From: Bacteroidota bacterium
GTDB taxonomy: Bacteria; Bacteroidota; Bacteroidia; AKYH767-A; OLB10
NCBI GenBank assembly: GCA_947447155.1
Contig: CANFIN010000003.1
Location: 1,185-65,184, forward strand
Direction of reading: 5' to 3'
Length of the DNA stretch: 64,000 nucleotides
The position numbers and the translations under genes were made by a program. How positions within the stretch are numbered: the first letter of the stretch is position 1; each line of letters begins with the position of its first letter. A model generated the notes under the pieces. That model was given only the letters and a program-made list of their open reading frames with translations. It had not been told where the DNA came from and made no database searches. Below are positions 29,061 through 39,027 of this stretch, piece by piece.

Positions 29061-30917
29061 CTAATTATTTACCGATGATTGCTGATGAAGTGAATTCAAC
29101 TTTAGAGGCGAGTAAATAATGCCTGGTCGCTCTGCATAAAACCGTGCATTGCTAAAACGCTTATGCAAAACGCAGCGACGAACTAATCCATACATAAAAA
29201 TATATGGTTGTTCATCGTAAATGAGCTGCTGCATTTTCTTTTCTAAATTTATTTTTTTTGCAACATCTGTTTCTTTGGCAATACAATAAATCAAACTATC
29301 AGAGGCTGCATTACCAAAACCTGAATAATTGCTGCCATTACCAGCATATGAAGCTGTAGACCAGAGCTGACTATAATCTTCCGGAAACGATGAAGTATTC
29401 CATGACCCCATAGCTAAATCAAAATCATGAGTAGTTAACTTTTCAAGCCATGTTGGATAATCGTAAGCTACGGGATTGATTTTTATTCCAGCTTGCTTCA
29501 TGCCTTCAGCAATTACAATTGCCATCTCTTTCCAATCAGGTATTGTATTAAGATAAGCCAATTCAAGTACTAAAGGAGTTGATTTATTATTAATTATTTT
29601 CTCACGAATACCATCCTTGTTACTATCTGTCCATCCACTTTTATTCAACAATTCATTTGCTTTTGCAATATCAAAAGGTATAAGCAGTAGATTATTATTA
29701 CACTCTTTTTTCAGTGGTGCAACGGGACCTGCAACGCGTTTATTAATTCCCTTATTTACTACTTTAATCATATTGTCTATCTGGGACGAATATGCGAGTG
29801 CTTTTCGAACATTCAGATCATTCAATATCATTGGATGCTTCAAACCATCAGGCTGCATATTTAGCGCGATATAAGTATAACCATATGTATCTACGAATTT
29901 GCTGTGATAATTTTTATTAAAAAGTTTATTTTGTTGCAATTCGAGAAGCAATCGAGTTGGAAACGCCCCAGAAGCATCATACAGTTGGGATAAAAAACTT
30001 GCTTTTTGAACAGCCGGATCTTGCGAAATACGAAATATGATTTTATCAGGAAAAGCTTTGAGAGCATCGTCAACAGAAGTATTGGACCAATGATTTTGTT
30101 TTTTAATGATTGAAATAAATTGCCCGCGCTCCCATCGTTCTAATTTGTAGGATCCCATTCCTGAAACAAATGAAGGGTTAGCGCACATATCGTCACTATT
30201 AAACTGATTCGCCCATTTTAAAAGTTGTGTATTTTTTTTCTGAATAAAAGATTTATCATTTAACTGTTTGAATGAAACAGCGCGCAACGAATTATTAAAA
30301 TCATATTTACTTTCTTGAAGAATTGCATAATCGCACCACATCGGTAAATTATATTCAGAAGCATTTTTAAAAAGGATAGTGAATTTGAGATTATTTAACG
30401 AATCAATTATTACATCTTCGACATTATCAAAAAAGAATTTATTTGAAACATTATTTGTTAATTGGCATTTGGAGGCTTTAATAGTAAAACACACATCACT
30501 TGCATTCACTTGAAAACCGTTATCCCATGTAATACCTTTTTTAATTTGGAAAGTGAGTGTATTTGAATTATTTGATTGCGTTGGCATAGATTCACAAATG
30601 CCTGGCGACATGTTTCCATTTTGCAAATCTGTTTTTATTAATGCCCCATGCAAGTACATAAGAACCTCATCACGAATTTGAGATGATCCATTTGTTGGAT
30701 GAAGATTATCTGGATCTGCCAAAATTTGAACATTTACGACATTTGAATCAGACCATGAGGGATCCCATTGAGTGGCATCCTGCAAATTATAACTTAGGGG
30801 ATAACCACTTGCCATGCTAGGCAATTTATTCTTCTTAGAATCACATGATGAAATAAAAACTATCAAAATGAAATAGTTAAACCCGAAAAGCAGAATTGAT
30901 TTTATGTGTTGAGGCAT
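29061..30917 (-). CDS. ABC transporter substrate-binding lipoprotein (family 5, peptide/nickel type)
   Basis: 618 aa with lipobox FISSC. Size and pattern fit SBP_bac_5, and it sits immediately upstream of the two permeases. Confidence 0.75.
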   Translation of the reverse strand: MPQHIKSILLFGFNYFILIVFISSCDSKKNKLPSMASGYPLSYNLQDATQWDPSWSDSNVVNVQILADPDNLHPTNGSSQIRDEVLMYLHGALIKTDLQNGNMSPGICESMPTQSNNSNTLTFQIKKGITWDNGFQVNASDVCFTIKASKCQLTNNVSNKFFFDNVEDVIIDSLNNLKFTILFKNASEYNLPMWCDYAILQESKYDFNNSLRAVSFKQLNDKSFIQKKNTQLLKWANQFNSDDMCANPSFVSGMGSYKLERWERGQFISIIKKQNHWSNTSVDDALKAFPDKIIFRISQDPAVQKASFLSQLYDASGAFPTRLLLELQQNKLFNKNYHSKFVDTYGYTYIALNMQPDGLKHPMILNDLNVRKALAYSSQIDNMIKVVNKGINKRVAGPVAPLKKECNNNLLLIPFDIAKANELLNKSGWTDSNKDGIREKIINNKSTPLVLELAYLNTIPDWKEMAIVIAEGMKQAGIKINPVAYDYPTWLEKLTTHDFDLAMGSWNTSSFPEDYSQLWSTASYAGNGSNYSGFGNAASDSLIYCIAKETDVAKKINLEKKMQQLIYDEQPYIFMYGLVRRCVLHKRFSNARFYAERPGIIYSPLKLNSLHQQSSVNN

Positions 30918-30921
30918 GTAA

Positions 30922-30929
30922 CAAATATA
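30922..30929 (-). promoter_or_regulatory. -7 box TATATTTG, 4 nt upstream of the SBP gene ATG
   Basis: Exact TAnnTTTG on the minus strand. The sequence reads TATATTTGttacATG. Confidence 0.45.
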
Positions 30930-30996
30930 AAATTTAACCTCAAAAAATCTGTTAGAATAAAATTAAAATAAATTTTGGAGAAGAGTATTTACTTCT

Positions 30997-31004
30997 TACA
31001 TTTG
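30997..31004 (+). promoter_or_regulatory. -7 box TACATTTG (with a TTG 19 nt upstream) driving the tRNA cluster
   Basis: Exact TAnnTTTG, 13 nt before tRNA-Ser. A TTG at 30975-30977 fits the -33 element. Confidence 0.5.
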
Positions 31005-31017
31005 CAACCCCACATAA

Positions 31018-31107
31018 GGTGAGGTGCCTGAGAGGCCGAAAGGAACAGTTTGCTAAACTGTCGTACGGGTAACCGTACCGCGGGTTCGAATCCCGCCCTC
31101 ACCGCCA
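31018..31107 (+). tRNA. tRNA-Ser (anticodon GCT), with encoded CCA
   Basis: Acceptor GGTGAGG/CCTCACC, anticodon loop TTGCTAA, long variable arm GTACGG/CCGTAC, T-loop TTCGAAT. Confidence 0.9.
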
Positions 31108-31160
31108 GGTACAAATAAAATAGTACATCGTTCTAGAAATATTACAGTTTAGATATCGTT

Positions 31161-31234
31161 CGGGGTGTAGCGTAGCCCGGTATCGCGCCACATTTGGGAT
31201 GTGGAGGTCGTAGGTTCGAATCCTGCCACCCCGA
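31161..31234 (+). tRNA. tRNA-Pro (anticodon TGG)
   Basis: Acceptor CGGGGTG/CACCCCG, anticodon stem CCACA/TGTGG with loop TTTGGGA, T-loop TTCGAAT. No encoded CCA. Confidence 0.9.
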
Positions 31235-31314
31235 CAAATTTTGTTCTTCGACATTTGATTTTTTAATCCATTTTCAGCTTGTCGTTTTTTCTTTTAGAGA
31301 ACTCTGAAATTACC

Positions 31315-31388
<74 letters not shown>

Positions 31389-31539
31389 CTTTTACAATGA
31401 TTTCAAATGATTATTTTTCTCGTTTAACCCATCCAAATCCTACTTTAAAATATTAATTCATTTTTAAACAACTGATTACTATTTAGATTGAATCATTTTA
31501 TTAACTTCACGTCTCAAAAATTGCTATAAAATAAAAACC

Positions 31540-33423
31540 ATGAAAAACCCTTTACAAAAACTAATCAATCTTATTGCTTTCATTGCTATTATGACATCAT
31601 TTGTCAGCAATAAAGCAAATGCCCAAGTAATCAAAACAGAAAGTTTTGATGGTAACACTTTTCAACCTATTGGCTGGTCACTAGATCCAATCATCGGAAA
31701 TCCGATCTGGGTTCGCAGAACAGCTGGACCTAATAATTTATTTTTGCCTCATAGCGGAGCTGCAATGGCGAGATTTTCAATCTCCTTAACGCAAACAGGA
31801 ACACAACAAGCTTTAATCACTCCTGTAATTGATTACTCTCAAACGAATGGAGCAACTCCTACGTTCAGTATGTATATGTATCGTGACAGCTTGTCAACTG
31901 CTGGCGATAGTATCACTGTAATGGTAAATACTTCTCCTTCTGTTGCAGGTGCTACCCGTTTAGGTGCAGTAGCCAGAAGTCGTTACTTCAGTTTGCCAAA
32001 TAATGAATTAAACAATGGCTGGTATTTATACTCTTTCAATATCCCAGCTAACTTCAATACAAATACTAACTACATTATTCTTAATGGTACAAGTCAAGGG
32101 GGAAGTAATATGTTTGTTGATGATGTGCAATGGGATGAATATCCAACAGTTTGCAGTGGACAACCAACAGCTGGATCAATTTCTTCTACAACTTCATTAA
32201 TTTGCGGTGGAAGTGGAAATGCTGATTTAACAATCAGTGGCGGTTCTGTAGGTTTTGCAGGAATCAATTATCAGTGGGAATCAACTACAGATTCTTTAAA
32301 CGGACCATGGACAGCTTTCGCAACTTCTAATAATACAGTTAACACAGGAACATTAACAGCAACAACTTATTTCCGTTGCTACGTAGGCTGTACAGCTTCA
32401 GGTTTAACGGATAGTGCTTATTACAAAATCACTGTTAACCCAAATCCTAATCCAACGGTAACGACAACACCCAACAGCCCTATTACAGTTTGTGCTGGTA
32501 ATACAGTAACAATTACTGCTTCAGGTGCTGACTTCTATTCATGGTCGCCAGCAACAGGTCTGAATACTACAACGGGAAGCACAGTCGATGCTACTCTAAC
32601 AGCACCTACAACTTATACAATCACAGGTACTGATGCATTTGGTTGCATTGGAACACGTACCGTTACTGTTAATATATCTAACCCTCCAGCATTTACATTA
32701 TTTGCCAACAGAACTTCTGTATGTGATGGTGACACAACCTTACTAAGAGCATTTACACAAGGTGGTGGCGGTGGTGGATTTGGAACTCAGTATGCATGGA
32801 GTACTGGTGCAACAGGTAATAATACAATTGTTACTGTTAACGGACCAACAACTTACACAGTTGTTGCTACTAACCAAGCTGGTTGTTCAAGAACAGATAG
32901 TATCGCAATCAATGTTGTACCAGGTGTAATTCCTAATTTTGGCTATACAGCAAACAATCAAATAGTAACTTTCTCTGATAGTTCAAATGCTGCAATTAGT
33001 TGGTTATGGTTATTTGGTGATGGAAATGCATCTTTCTCTCAAAACCCAACTTACAGCTTCTCTGCTTCAGGAACATATAATGTTACATTAATCGTTTCTA
33101 ACGGAGTTTGTAGTGCTGATACAATTGTAAAAACAATTACCGTTCAATTGACAGGTTTAGAAAGCAATGCTGCTGCAATTGGAATGAACATCTTCCCTAA
33201 CCCAGTTGCTAATGCGGCTACAATTCAATTTGCATCACATGAGACATCAGCAACAATTTCTGTTGTTAATGCAATTGGACAAGTGGTTTATTCAAAACAA
33301 GTTTCTTCTTCAAATGGAAACAAGTTTAACGAGACCATCGATTTCAGCAATTTAGCAAGTGGCATTTATTCTGTTAAAGTACTTACAGCTTCTGAAACAG
33401 GAGTAATGCAAATTGTAAAATAA
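31540..33423 (+). CDS. T9SS-secreted protein: MAM/choice-of-anchor-J-like N-domain, Ig-like repeats, PKD domain and T9SS type A C-terminal sorting domain
   Basis: 627 aa with a signal peptide. Repeats CAGNTVTITASG...YTITGTD..GC. PKD-like FGDGNAS..NPTYSF..GTYNVTL. The C-terminus NIFPNPVAN...GIYSVKV...MQIVK is Por_Secre_tail-like. Confidence 0.75.
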   Translation: MKNPLQKLINLIAFIAIMTSFVSNKANAQVIKTESFDGNTFQPIGWSLDPIIGNPIWVRRTAGPNNLFLPHSGAAMARFSISLTQTGTQQALITPVIDYSQTNGATPTFSMYMYRDSLSTAGDSITVMVNTSPSVAGATRLGAVARSRYFSLPNNELNNGWYLYSFNIPANFNTNTNYIILNGTSQGGSNMFVDDVQWDEYPTVCSGQPTAGSISSTTSLICGGSGNADLTISGGSVGFAGINYQWESTTDSLNGPWTAFATSNNTVNTGTLTATTYFRCYVGCTASGLTDSAYYKITVNPNPNPTVTTTPNSPITVCAGNTVTITASGADFYSWSPATGLNTTTGSTVDATLTAPTTYTITGTDAFGCIGTRTVTVNISNPPAFTLFANRTSVCDGDTTLLRAFTQGGGGGGFGTQYAWSTGATGNNTIVTVNGPTTYTVVATNQAGCSRTDSIAINVVPGVIPNFGYTANNQIVTFSDSSNAAISWLWLFGDGNASFSQNPTYSFSASGTYNVTLIVSNGVCSADTIVKTITVQLTGLESNAAAIGMNIFPNPVANAATIQFASHETSATISVVNAIGQVVYSKQVSSSNGNKFNETIDFSNLASGIYSVKVLTASETGVMQIVK

Positions 33424-33445
33424 TTTCAATTAAATTTGAATATCA

Positions 33446-33473
33446 ATCCCCGCCACAAGCGGGGATTTTTTTT
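33446..33473 (+). terminator. rho-independent terminator
   Basis: ATCCCCGC/GCGGGGAT stem followed by a T8 run, 22 nt after the stop codon. Confidence 0.8.
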
Positions 33474-33556
33474 AGAATTCATCTGTTGATTTCTTATTAC
33501 AAACAATAGTATACGAATCTTATTTTAGAATACATTCGATTATTATCTTCAATAAT

Positions 33557-35395
33557 ATGTCGAATAAAAAAACAGCCAAAAATCCAACAACAAAAGTTGA
33601 TAGTTTTAAAATAGAAAAATTATTTAGTGTAATAATCTTTCTTCTGACTTTCATTTTTTACTGGAATGCTATTCCGAATGAGACAGCCTTAGATGATGTA
33701 ATGGTGCTCACCAATAATCAATTTGTCTTGAAAGGTATTGAAGGCATTCCTGATATTTTAAAACATGAAAGTTTTTATGGAGCAACGGGTAAAATTAGCT
33801 CTCAACTAAGCTGGCGCTACCGACCTTTATCTTTAATTGTATTTGCAATCGAACATGCATTTTTTGGCAACAACTGGTCTGCCTATCATTTTTTCAATAT
33901 TCTTTGTTACGGATTACTTTGCATAGTAGCATATCGATTTTTAAAAAAATACCTATTCACCGAAAAACCGCTATACGCGTTTTTTACAACATTACTTTTT
34001 TTAGTCCACCCAATGCATACCGAAGTAGTTGCAAATATTAAAAGTCTTGATGAAATTCTCGCATTACTCTTTTCATTATTATTCTTAAATAGCTTTTTAA
34101 ATTATAATCAAATCAAAAACACAAAATCAATTGCCATTACAATTATCTTTTTAATATTAGCGCTCTTATCAAAGGAAAGCTCCGCTACTTTATTAGTAAT
34201 TGCTCCTTTAGCGATGTTGGTTTTTACAAAATATACTATTAAAGATATTATTCTGAAATCAATTCCGTTATTGTTTACTGTTCTACTTTTTACTTTTATC
34301 AGAATGAACATAAGTGATTTCCCGGTAACGAAACCAGATATCATGAACGACCCATTTTTACTTGCTACATCGCATCAAAAATTTGCGACTATTAGTTTAA
34401 TATTAGGTAAGTACATTGGACTATTAATAGCACCGATAAATCAATCTATCGAATATGGCTACAACCAAATTCCTTATGTAACCTTTTCGAACATCTTAAG
34501 CATAACGTCTTTAGCTTTTCACATTGCTTTATTTATTTTTTCAATTACTCAATTGATAAAAAGAAGCCCCATTGGATTTGCAATTTTGAGTTACCTCATT
34601 TCAATTCTTATTTTATCAAATATTCTTATTAATATTGGTCCGCCAATGGCCGATCGATTTTTGTTTATGCCTAGTTTTTTCTTTGTAATCATTGTTGCCA
34701 TTTTATTTAAATCACTTCAATCAAGAATTAACAAGTCCTATTTTCGATACGCAATCTTATCAATTTTAACATGCTTTGTTTTATTTTCATTTGTAAAAGT
34801 TCATGCGAGAAATAAAGATTGGAAAAACAACGAAACGCTTTACAAAGCCGATATAATAAAATCACCCAATAGTGTACGAATGCTAACATACCATGCAGGT
34901 ATGCTTGTTAATCAAACGGAATCTATTCAAGATTCATTGACCAAATCGATTACACTTAAAACAGCTATTGATGATTTTGAAAAAGCATATTCTATTTATA
35001 ATTCATATGCTAATATGTATCAAAATTGGGGCTTAGCCTATTTAAGAAACAATAATTTAGATAGTGCAGAATGGGCATGGAACAAGTTAAAAGAATTAAA
35101 GCCTGATAGTAAATTTTCAGATTCTAATGATGAATTAATTGCAAAGTCCAAATTTGTTTTATGGAATAAAAAATATGAAGAAGCACTACCTAGACAGAAC
35201 TTTCCAGAATTATTAGAGTTATATAGCAAGGCTATTAGTTATTACAATGTAATGCCTGGTTCATGGATTTTACTCGGACAACTTTATTCAGTAAATAATA
35301 AAAAGGATAGTGCTACTTGGGCATGGAATGAATGCCTGAAAAGAGATTCAACCAATTTGCAAGCAAAAAAATTGTTATCGAATCCTGCTTGGTAA
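33557..35395 (+). CDS. polytopic GT-C-like (PMT/TMTC-like) membrane protein with C-terminal TPR repeats
   Basis: 612 aa with at least 10 hydrophobic segments. An acidic LDDVMVL motif follows TM1. The C-terminal ~190 aa is soluble with TPR-like repeats (WAWNKLKELKPDS, WAWNECLKRDSTN). Confidence 0.55.
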   Translation: MSNKKTAKNPTTKVDSFKIEKLFSVIIFLLTFIFYWNAIPNETALDDVMVLTNNQFVLKGIEGIPDILKHESFYGATGKISSQLSWRYRPLSLIVFAIEHAFFGNNWSAYHFFNILCYGLLCIVAYRFLKKYLFTEKPLYAFFTTLLFLVHPMHTEVVANIKSLDEILALLFSLLFLNSFLNYNQIKNTKSIAITIIFLILALLSKESSATLLVIAPLAMLVFTKYTIKDIILKSIPLLFTVLLFTFIRMNISDFPVTKPDIMNDPFLLATSHQKFATISLILGKYIGLLIAPINQSIEYGYNQIPYVTFSNILSITSLAFHIALFIFSITQLIKRSPIGFAILSYLISILILSNILINIGPPMADRFLFMPSFFFVIIVAILFKSLQSRINKSYFRYAILSILTCFVLFSFVKVHARNKDWKNNETLYKADIIKSPNSVRMLTYHAGMLVNQTESIQDSLTKSITLKTAIDDFEKAYSIYNSYANMYQNWGLAYLRNNNLDSAEWAWNKLKELKPDSKFSDSNDELIAKSKFVLWNKKYEEALPRQNFPELLELYSKAISYYNVMPGSWILLGQLYSVNNKKDSATWAWNECLKRDSTNLQAKKLLSNPAW

Positions 35396-35422
35396 ATAAA
35401 AAAGGAAAATAATCACCCCGAA

Positions 35423-35494
35423 GGATTTTATCTGATTCGATTTGTTGATTTAAATGGCAACTCTTCTATCAGAAAATTACAAGTTATTCATTAA
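35423..35494 (+). pseudogene. relic of the last ~23 codons of a T9SS C-terminal sorting domain (GFYLIRFVDLNGNSSIRKLQVIH*)
   Basis: Translated by hand. It resembles the convergent neighbour's C-terminus GIYLINLKGNQINASTKLLITH*. There is no upstream ORF body, and it is in frame with the preceding gene's TAA. Confidence 0.45.
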
Positions 35495-38400
35495 TGCGTA
35501 ATCAACAACTTCGTTGACGCATTTATTTGATTCCCTTTCAGATTGATCAAGTAAATTCCTGACGGAAAACGACTGCAATCAATACCGATTGTCTGTTCTC
35601 CATTTTGAATCAACACATCTTTTCGCAAAATAATTTGTCCGGTAATATCAGTTACAATTAAACTTGCAACAGCATTTATAATTGAACGTATTTTAATATC
35701 TGAAATATTATTTGCCGGATTTGGATATACTAGCATTGCAACATCGTTCGATATGATTTCATTCAACGAAACTGTGACCGCCGCAATACCAGAAACATTT
35801 TCACAACCATTGCTATCTATTACAGTAACCGTGTAATTACCTTGCTGTGTAAAAAGATAAGATTTTGCATTTGCACCAGGAATTATACTTCCATTAAAAT
35901 ACCATTGATAACCTAATCCTGTTTGCAACGACACTAACGAATCAGGATATATGGTTATTGAATTTCCGCTTGATGGAGCTACAACTTCAATGTATGAATT
36001 ATACATAATTGAGTCCGTTCCATTAGCATTTATTACAACTAAACTTACGGGATATAAACCAGCATTTGAATAATTTACCGTTGGATTAACTACCGTTGAA
36101 GTCGCAGGTACTCCTCCCATAAAATACCATTGCTGAGATGAAGGTGCACCTGTCGATTGATTAATATAGTTAACACTATTTCCTACACAAATCTTTTTAC
36201 TTGAAGAAGCAAACAATGCAGTTGGTAATACAATAGATGTCGGCTCTAAAACTATATTATCGAGGTATAAACAATTGCCATAATGTCCACGATTTTGAAA
36301 TGCAATTTTTAATTCACCTTGATTTAAATAAGCTGTTAAATCTACGGAGTCTGTTCGCCATTGATTTGAACCTGGAATATAGAATGCAGCGGTATCAGCA
36401 GAAGTAGCAAGATCTGAATAGCCTTTCACATAAACTTCCTGATAAGATACACCACAATCAGAAGAAACTAATACAGCCAAGGTATCATAATAATCCTGAC
36501 TATATCGCGCATATGCAACATCAAATTTCAATAAGGCATTTTGCACTCCGAGAGTATTAAATCGAGCTGTTAGAATCTCGTCTCTTTTGCCACTTACATC
36601 ATTGTTGTAATTATCAAAAAATATCGAATTCTGACTTAGTCCATATCCACCAGCGTTACCGGTCAGGGTCCACTCTATTCCATCTTCTCCATCGTCAAAT
36701 GTTGTCCAATCATAAGGTAATGAGTTTTCAAAATCTTCTGAAAGCGAAAATGCTTGAGCACTACTTACATGAATATAACCCTGACGCACAACCGTATTGT
36801 TACTTGAAGTACCATACGCAATCATTGATACTAAATAATCGCCAGGCTGCGAATACAAAACTGTTGGATTATTCGCTGATGATGATGAAGGATTCCCTCC
36901 TTGAAAATACCATTGAATAGCATACGCACCAGCGCTAATGTTGGTAAATTGAACTTGCTGATTTTCGCAAATACTTTTCTTATCCGACATAAAATCAGCG
37001 ACAGGTGTTTCATCTTTATTCAGTGGAGATTCCCATACACCTTTTCCATAAAACGACACTCTTAATTTTGAAAGTCCAGTACCATCCTCATAAATCATCA
37101 AATCATGAATTTGTGCAATGGAAGGTAATCCACCAGAATAATTCAACCAGCTATTCATGGAGGCATTTCGATAATACACTCCTGCAGCATTGGATATATA
37201 AATAGCTTCATTCGTACAGCTATAGTCGTTAATAACATTTATCACATTTAATCCCGGATAATTACTTGTGATATTCGTCCATGTTTGTCCGCGGTTAATC
37301 GATTTATAAATTCTTGAATTACATGTTACATAAACAATATTCGTATCACTCTTTACAACCTCAATTGAACCTGCCACGTTTGTTGCATAAGGCAAGGTAA
37401 AAATTGAAATTGTAGGATTAGCGGACTTTGCATCTTCAATGCGATAGACTCTTGCATTATCAGTTACTACATAAACAACATCTGACTTTAACGGATTTAC
37501 TTTTATTCCTCGGATGGTATGTCCTAAAGCAGCAACTACACTCCATGAAATTGATCCGTTGTAAATGTTTGAAGAAACACATAAAGTATCGCGGCCTGCA
37601 TAAGCGGTATTTGTATCTGAAGGACAAAATGAAATGCGTGTATTACCATCACACTGAACAGGTAAATTAATTGACACACTTCCGCCAACTGGAACTAATC
37701 GTCTTCGTTGATTTTCGCTTAGGTAATAAACGTAATTGTTATGCGTGTAATCGAAATCACATTGCGCTCCCCAGTCGCCACCTCGATTACATTTCCAGCT
37801 GGTTAGTGAATGAAATAACTCACCATTATCTTGTGTACCTATACTGATTAAATCTTCTCGCGTTTTACTTTGTGCCGCATGATAAATTTCTGTTGCATTG
37901 ATTCCATCACTCTTCGGCGACCAGAATGAACCACCATTAGTACTCAACCAAACACCACCATCATTTGCCTCCCATAACTGTGAATGATTATACGGATTCA
38001 CTAAGATGTGATGCATATCCGTATGCAGGTTAGCATACCATTGCGTTAGTTGCGTCCAGTTCACTCCACCATCTGTCGACTTCCAAACAACATGCGAAGC
38101 AATATAAACCGTGTTTGGATCATCGGGATCAACACCACATGAAAAATTATAATTCCCTTGTCCACCACCGTTAGCATCGTAACCCGTTAAACTCTGACTC
38201 GGATTATGATAAACGGTAGTGAAAGAATTTCCACCATCAGTCGATTTGAAAATTGTTCCTTCATCGCAGTTCATTGCTACGTAAATAATGTTTGAATCGG
38301 CAGGACTAACAGTTAGGCGTATACCCTGTCCACCATTACTTCCAGGAGGGGTTAATCCATTCGACAATTGCGCCCACGTATCACCTCTATCATCGGACTT

Positions 38401-39027
38401 AAAAACCTCATCAAAGGTTGCTGCATAAATCGTATTGGTTCCTGCATTGGCTTTCCAGCACATATCGGTAAATTGTCCGCCTATATGTTTGCACGTCCAT
38501 GATTGACCGCCATCTGTTGTTTTCCAGATACCATTATTAGTTGCAGCAATTAAAGTCAAATGATCATTCGGATCCATTAATAATTCGAGTGCCATTCTAT
38601 TTCCAATGGAAGAATTGATTAATGTCCATGTTGCACCCGCATTTATTGATTTATAAACGCCATAACTTGTACCGTAATAATTTGGATCACCTGTTCCGAG
38701 GTAAATAATACTATCGTTCGTATAATCGATACAAACGGAAGAACATTGCGCATTTGGTAATGCATCGGTACCCATTACGCTCCAGGTTATTCCGTTATCA
38801 TTGCTTTTATAAAGTCCACCCGAAGCGGTGGTAGTGTACATGATTGATGAATCAGATGGATGAAATTTAATTTGCGTACAACGACCAATTCCATGAATTT
38901 GTCCACTGACATTCGTTGGGAATGCTATCGGACCAGTGCATGTCCAATTCCCTGCTATCTGCGCATGCGTATAACCAACAATGATTAGGCAAAGCCACGT
39001 TAGTTTAATTTTCAATTTCGTAATCAT
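35491..39027 (-). CDS. large T9SS cargo: BNR/Asp-box (sortilin/VPS10-like) beta-propellers, PKD domains, MAM/choice-of-anchor-J-like domain and T9SS C-terminal domain
   Basis: Repeated S.D.G.(T/S)W boxes (SNDNGITWS, TTDGGQSWT, SDDRGDTWA, STDGGVNWT, SINRGQTWT). The C-terminus is YPNPANN...GIYLINL...LITH. Start set at ATG 39027 (signal peptide MITKLKIKLTWLCLIIVGYTHAQ). Confidence 0.8.
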   Translation of the reverse strand: MITKLKIKLTWLCLIIVGYTHAQIAGNWTCTGPIAFPTNVSGQIHGIGRCTQIKFHPSDSSIMYTTTASGGLYKSNDNGITWSVMGTDALPNAQCSSVCIDYTNDSIIYLGTGDPNYYGTSYGVYKSINAGATWTLINSSIGNRMALELLMDPNDHLTLIAATNNGIWKTTDGGQSWTCKHIGGQFTDMCWKANAGTNTIYAATFDEVFKSDDRGDTWAQLSNGLTPPGSNGGQGIRLTVSPADSNIIYVAMNCDEGTIFKSTDGGNSFTTVYHNPSQSLTGYDANGGGQGNYNFSCGVDPDDPNTVYIASHVVWKSTDGGVNWTQLTQWYANLHTDMHHILVNPYNHSQLWEANDGGVWLSTNGGSFWSPKSDGINATEIYHAAQSKTREDLISIGTQDNGELFHSLTSWKCNRGGDWGAQCDFDYTHNNYVYYLSENQRRRLVPVGGSVSINLPVQCDGNTRISFCPSDTNTAYAGRDTLCVSSNIYNGSISWSVVAALGHTIRGIKVNPLKSDVVYVVTDNARVYRIEDAKSANPTISIFTLPYATNVAGSIEVVKSDTNIVYVTCNSRIYKSINRGQTWTNITSNYPGLNVINVINDYSCTNEAIYISNAAGVYYRNASMNSWLNYSGGLPSIAQIHDLMIYEDGTGLSKLRVSFYGKGVWESPLNKDETPVADFMSDKKSICENQQVQFTNISAGAYAIQWYFQGGNPSSSSANNPTVLYSQPGDYLVSMIAYGTSSNNTVVRQGYIHVSSAQAFSLSEDFENSLPYDWTTFDDGEDGIEWTLTGNAGGYGLSQNSIFFDNYNNDVSGKRDEILTARFNTLGVQNALLKFDVAYARYSQDYYDTLAVLVSSDCGVSYQEVYVKGYSDLATSADTAAFYIPGSNQWRTDSVDLTAYLNQGELKIAFQNRGHYGNCLYLDNIVLEPTSIVLPTALFASSSKKICVGNSVNYINQSTGAPSSQQWYFMGGVPATSTVVNPTVNYSNAGLYPVSLVVINANGTDSIMYNSYIEVVAPSSGNSITIYPDSLVSLQTGLGYQWYFNGSIIPGANAKSYLFTQQGNYTVTVIDSNGCENVSGIAAVTVSLNEIISNDVAMLVYPNPANNISDIKIRSIINAVASLIVTDITGQIILRKDVLIQNGEQTIGIDCSRFPSGIYLINLKGNQINASTKLLITH

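Noticed and set aside
32761-32790. GGT/GGC run encoding GGGGGG in the T9SS protein as a slippage or phase-variation tract
   Set aside because: The codons are mixed (ggt ggt ggc ggt ggt gga), so this is not a homopolymer or a perfect repeat. Slippage is unlikely.
35393-35494. Programmed stop-codon readthrough adding a T9SS tail to the GT-C/TPR protein
   Set aside because: The relic is in frame with the TAA, but in-frame placement has a 1-in-3 chance. Only the last ~23 residues of a ~80-residue domain are present. A polytopic inner-membrane protein is not a plausible T9SS substrate. It is best treated as a gene relic.
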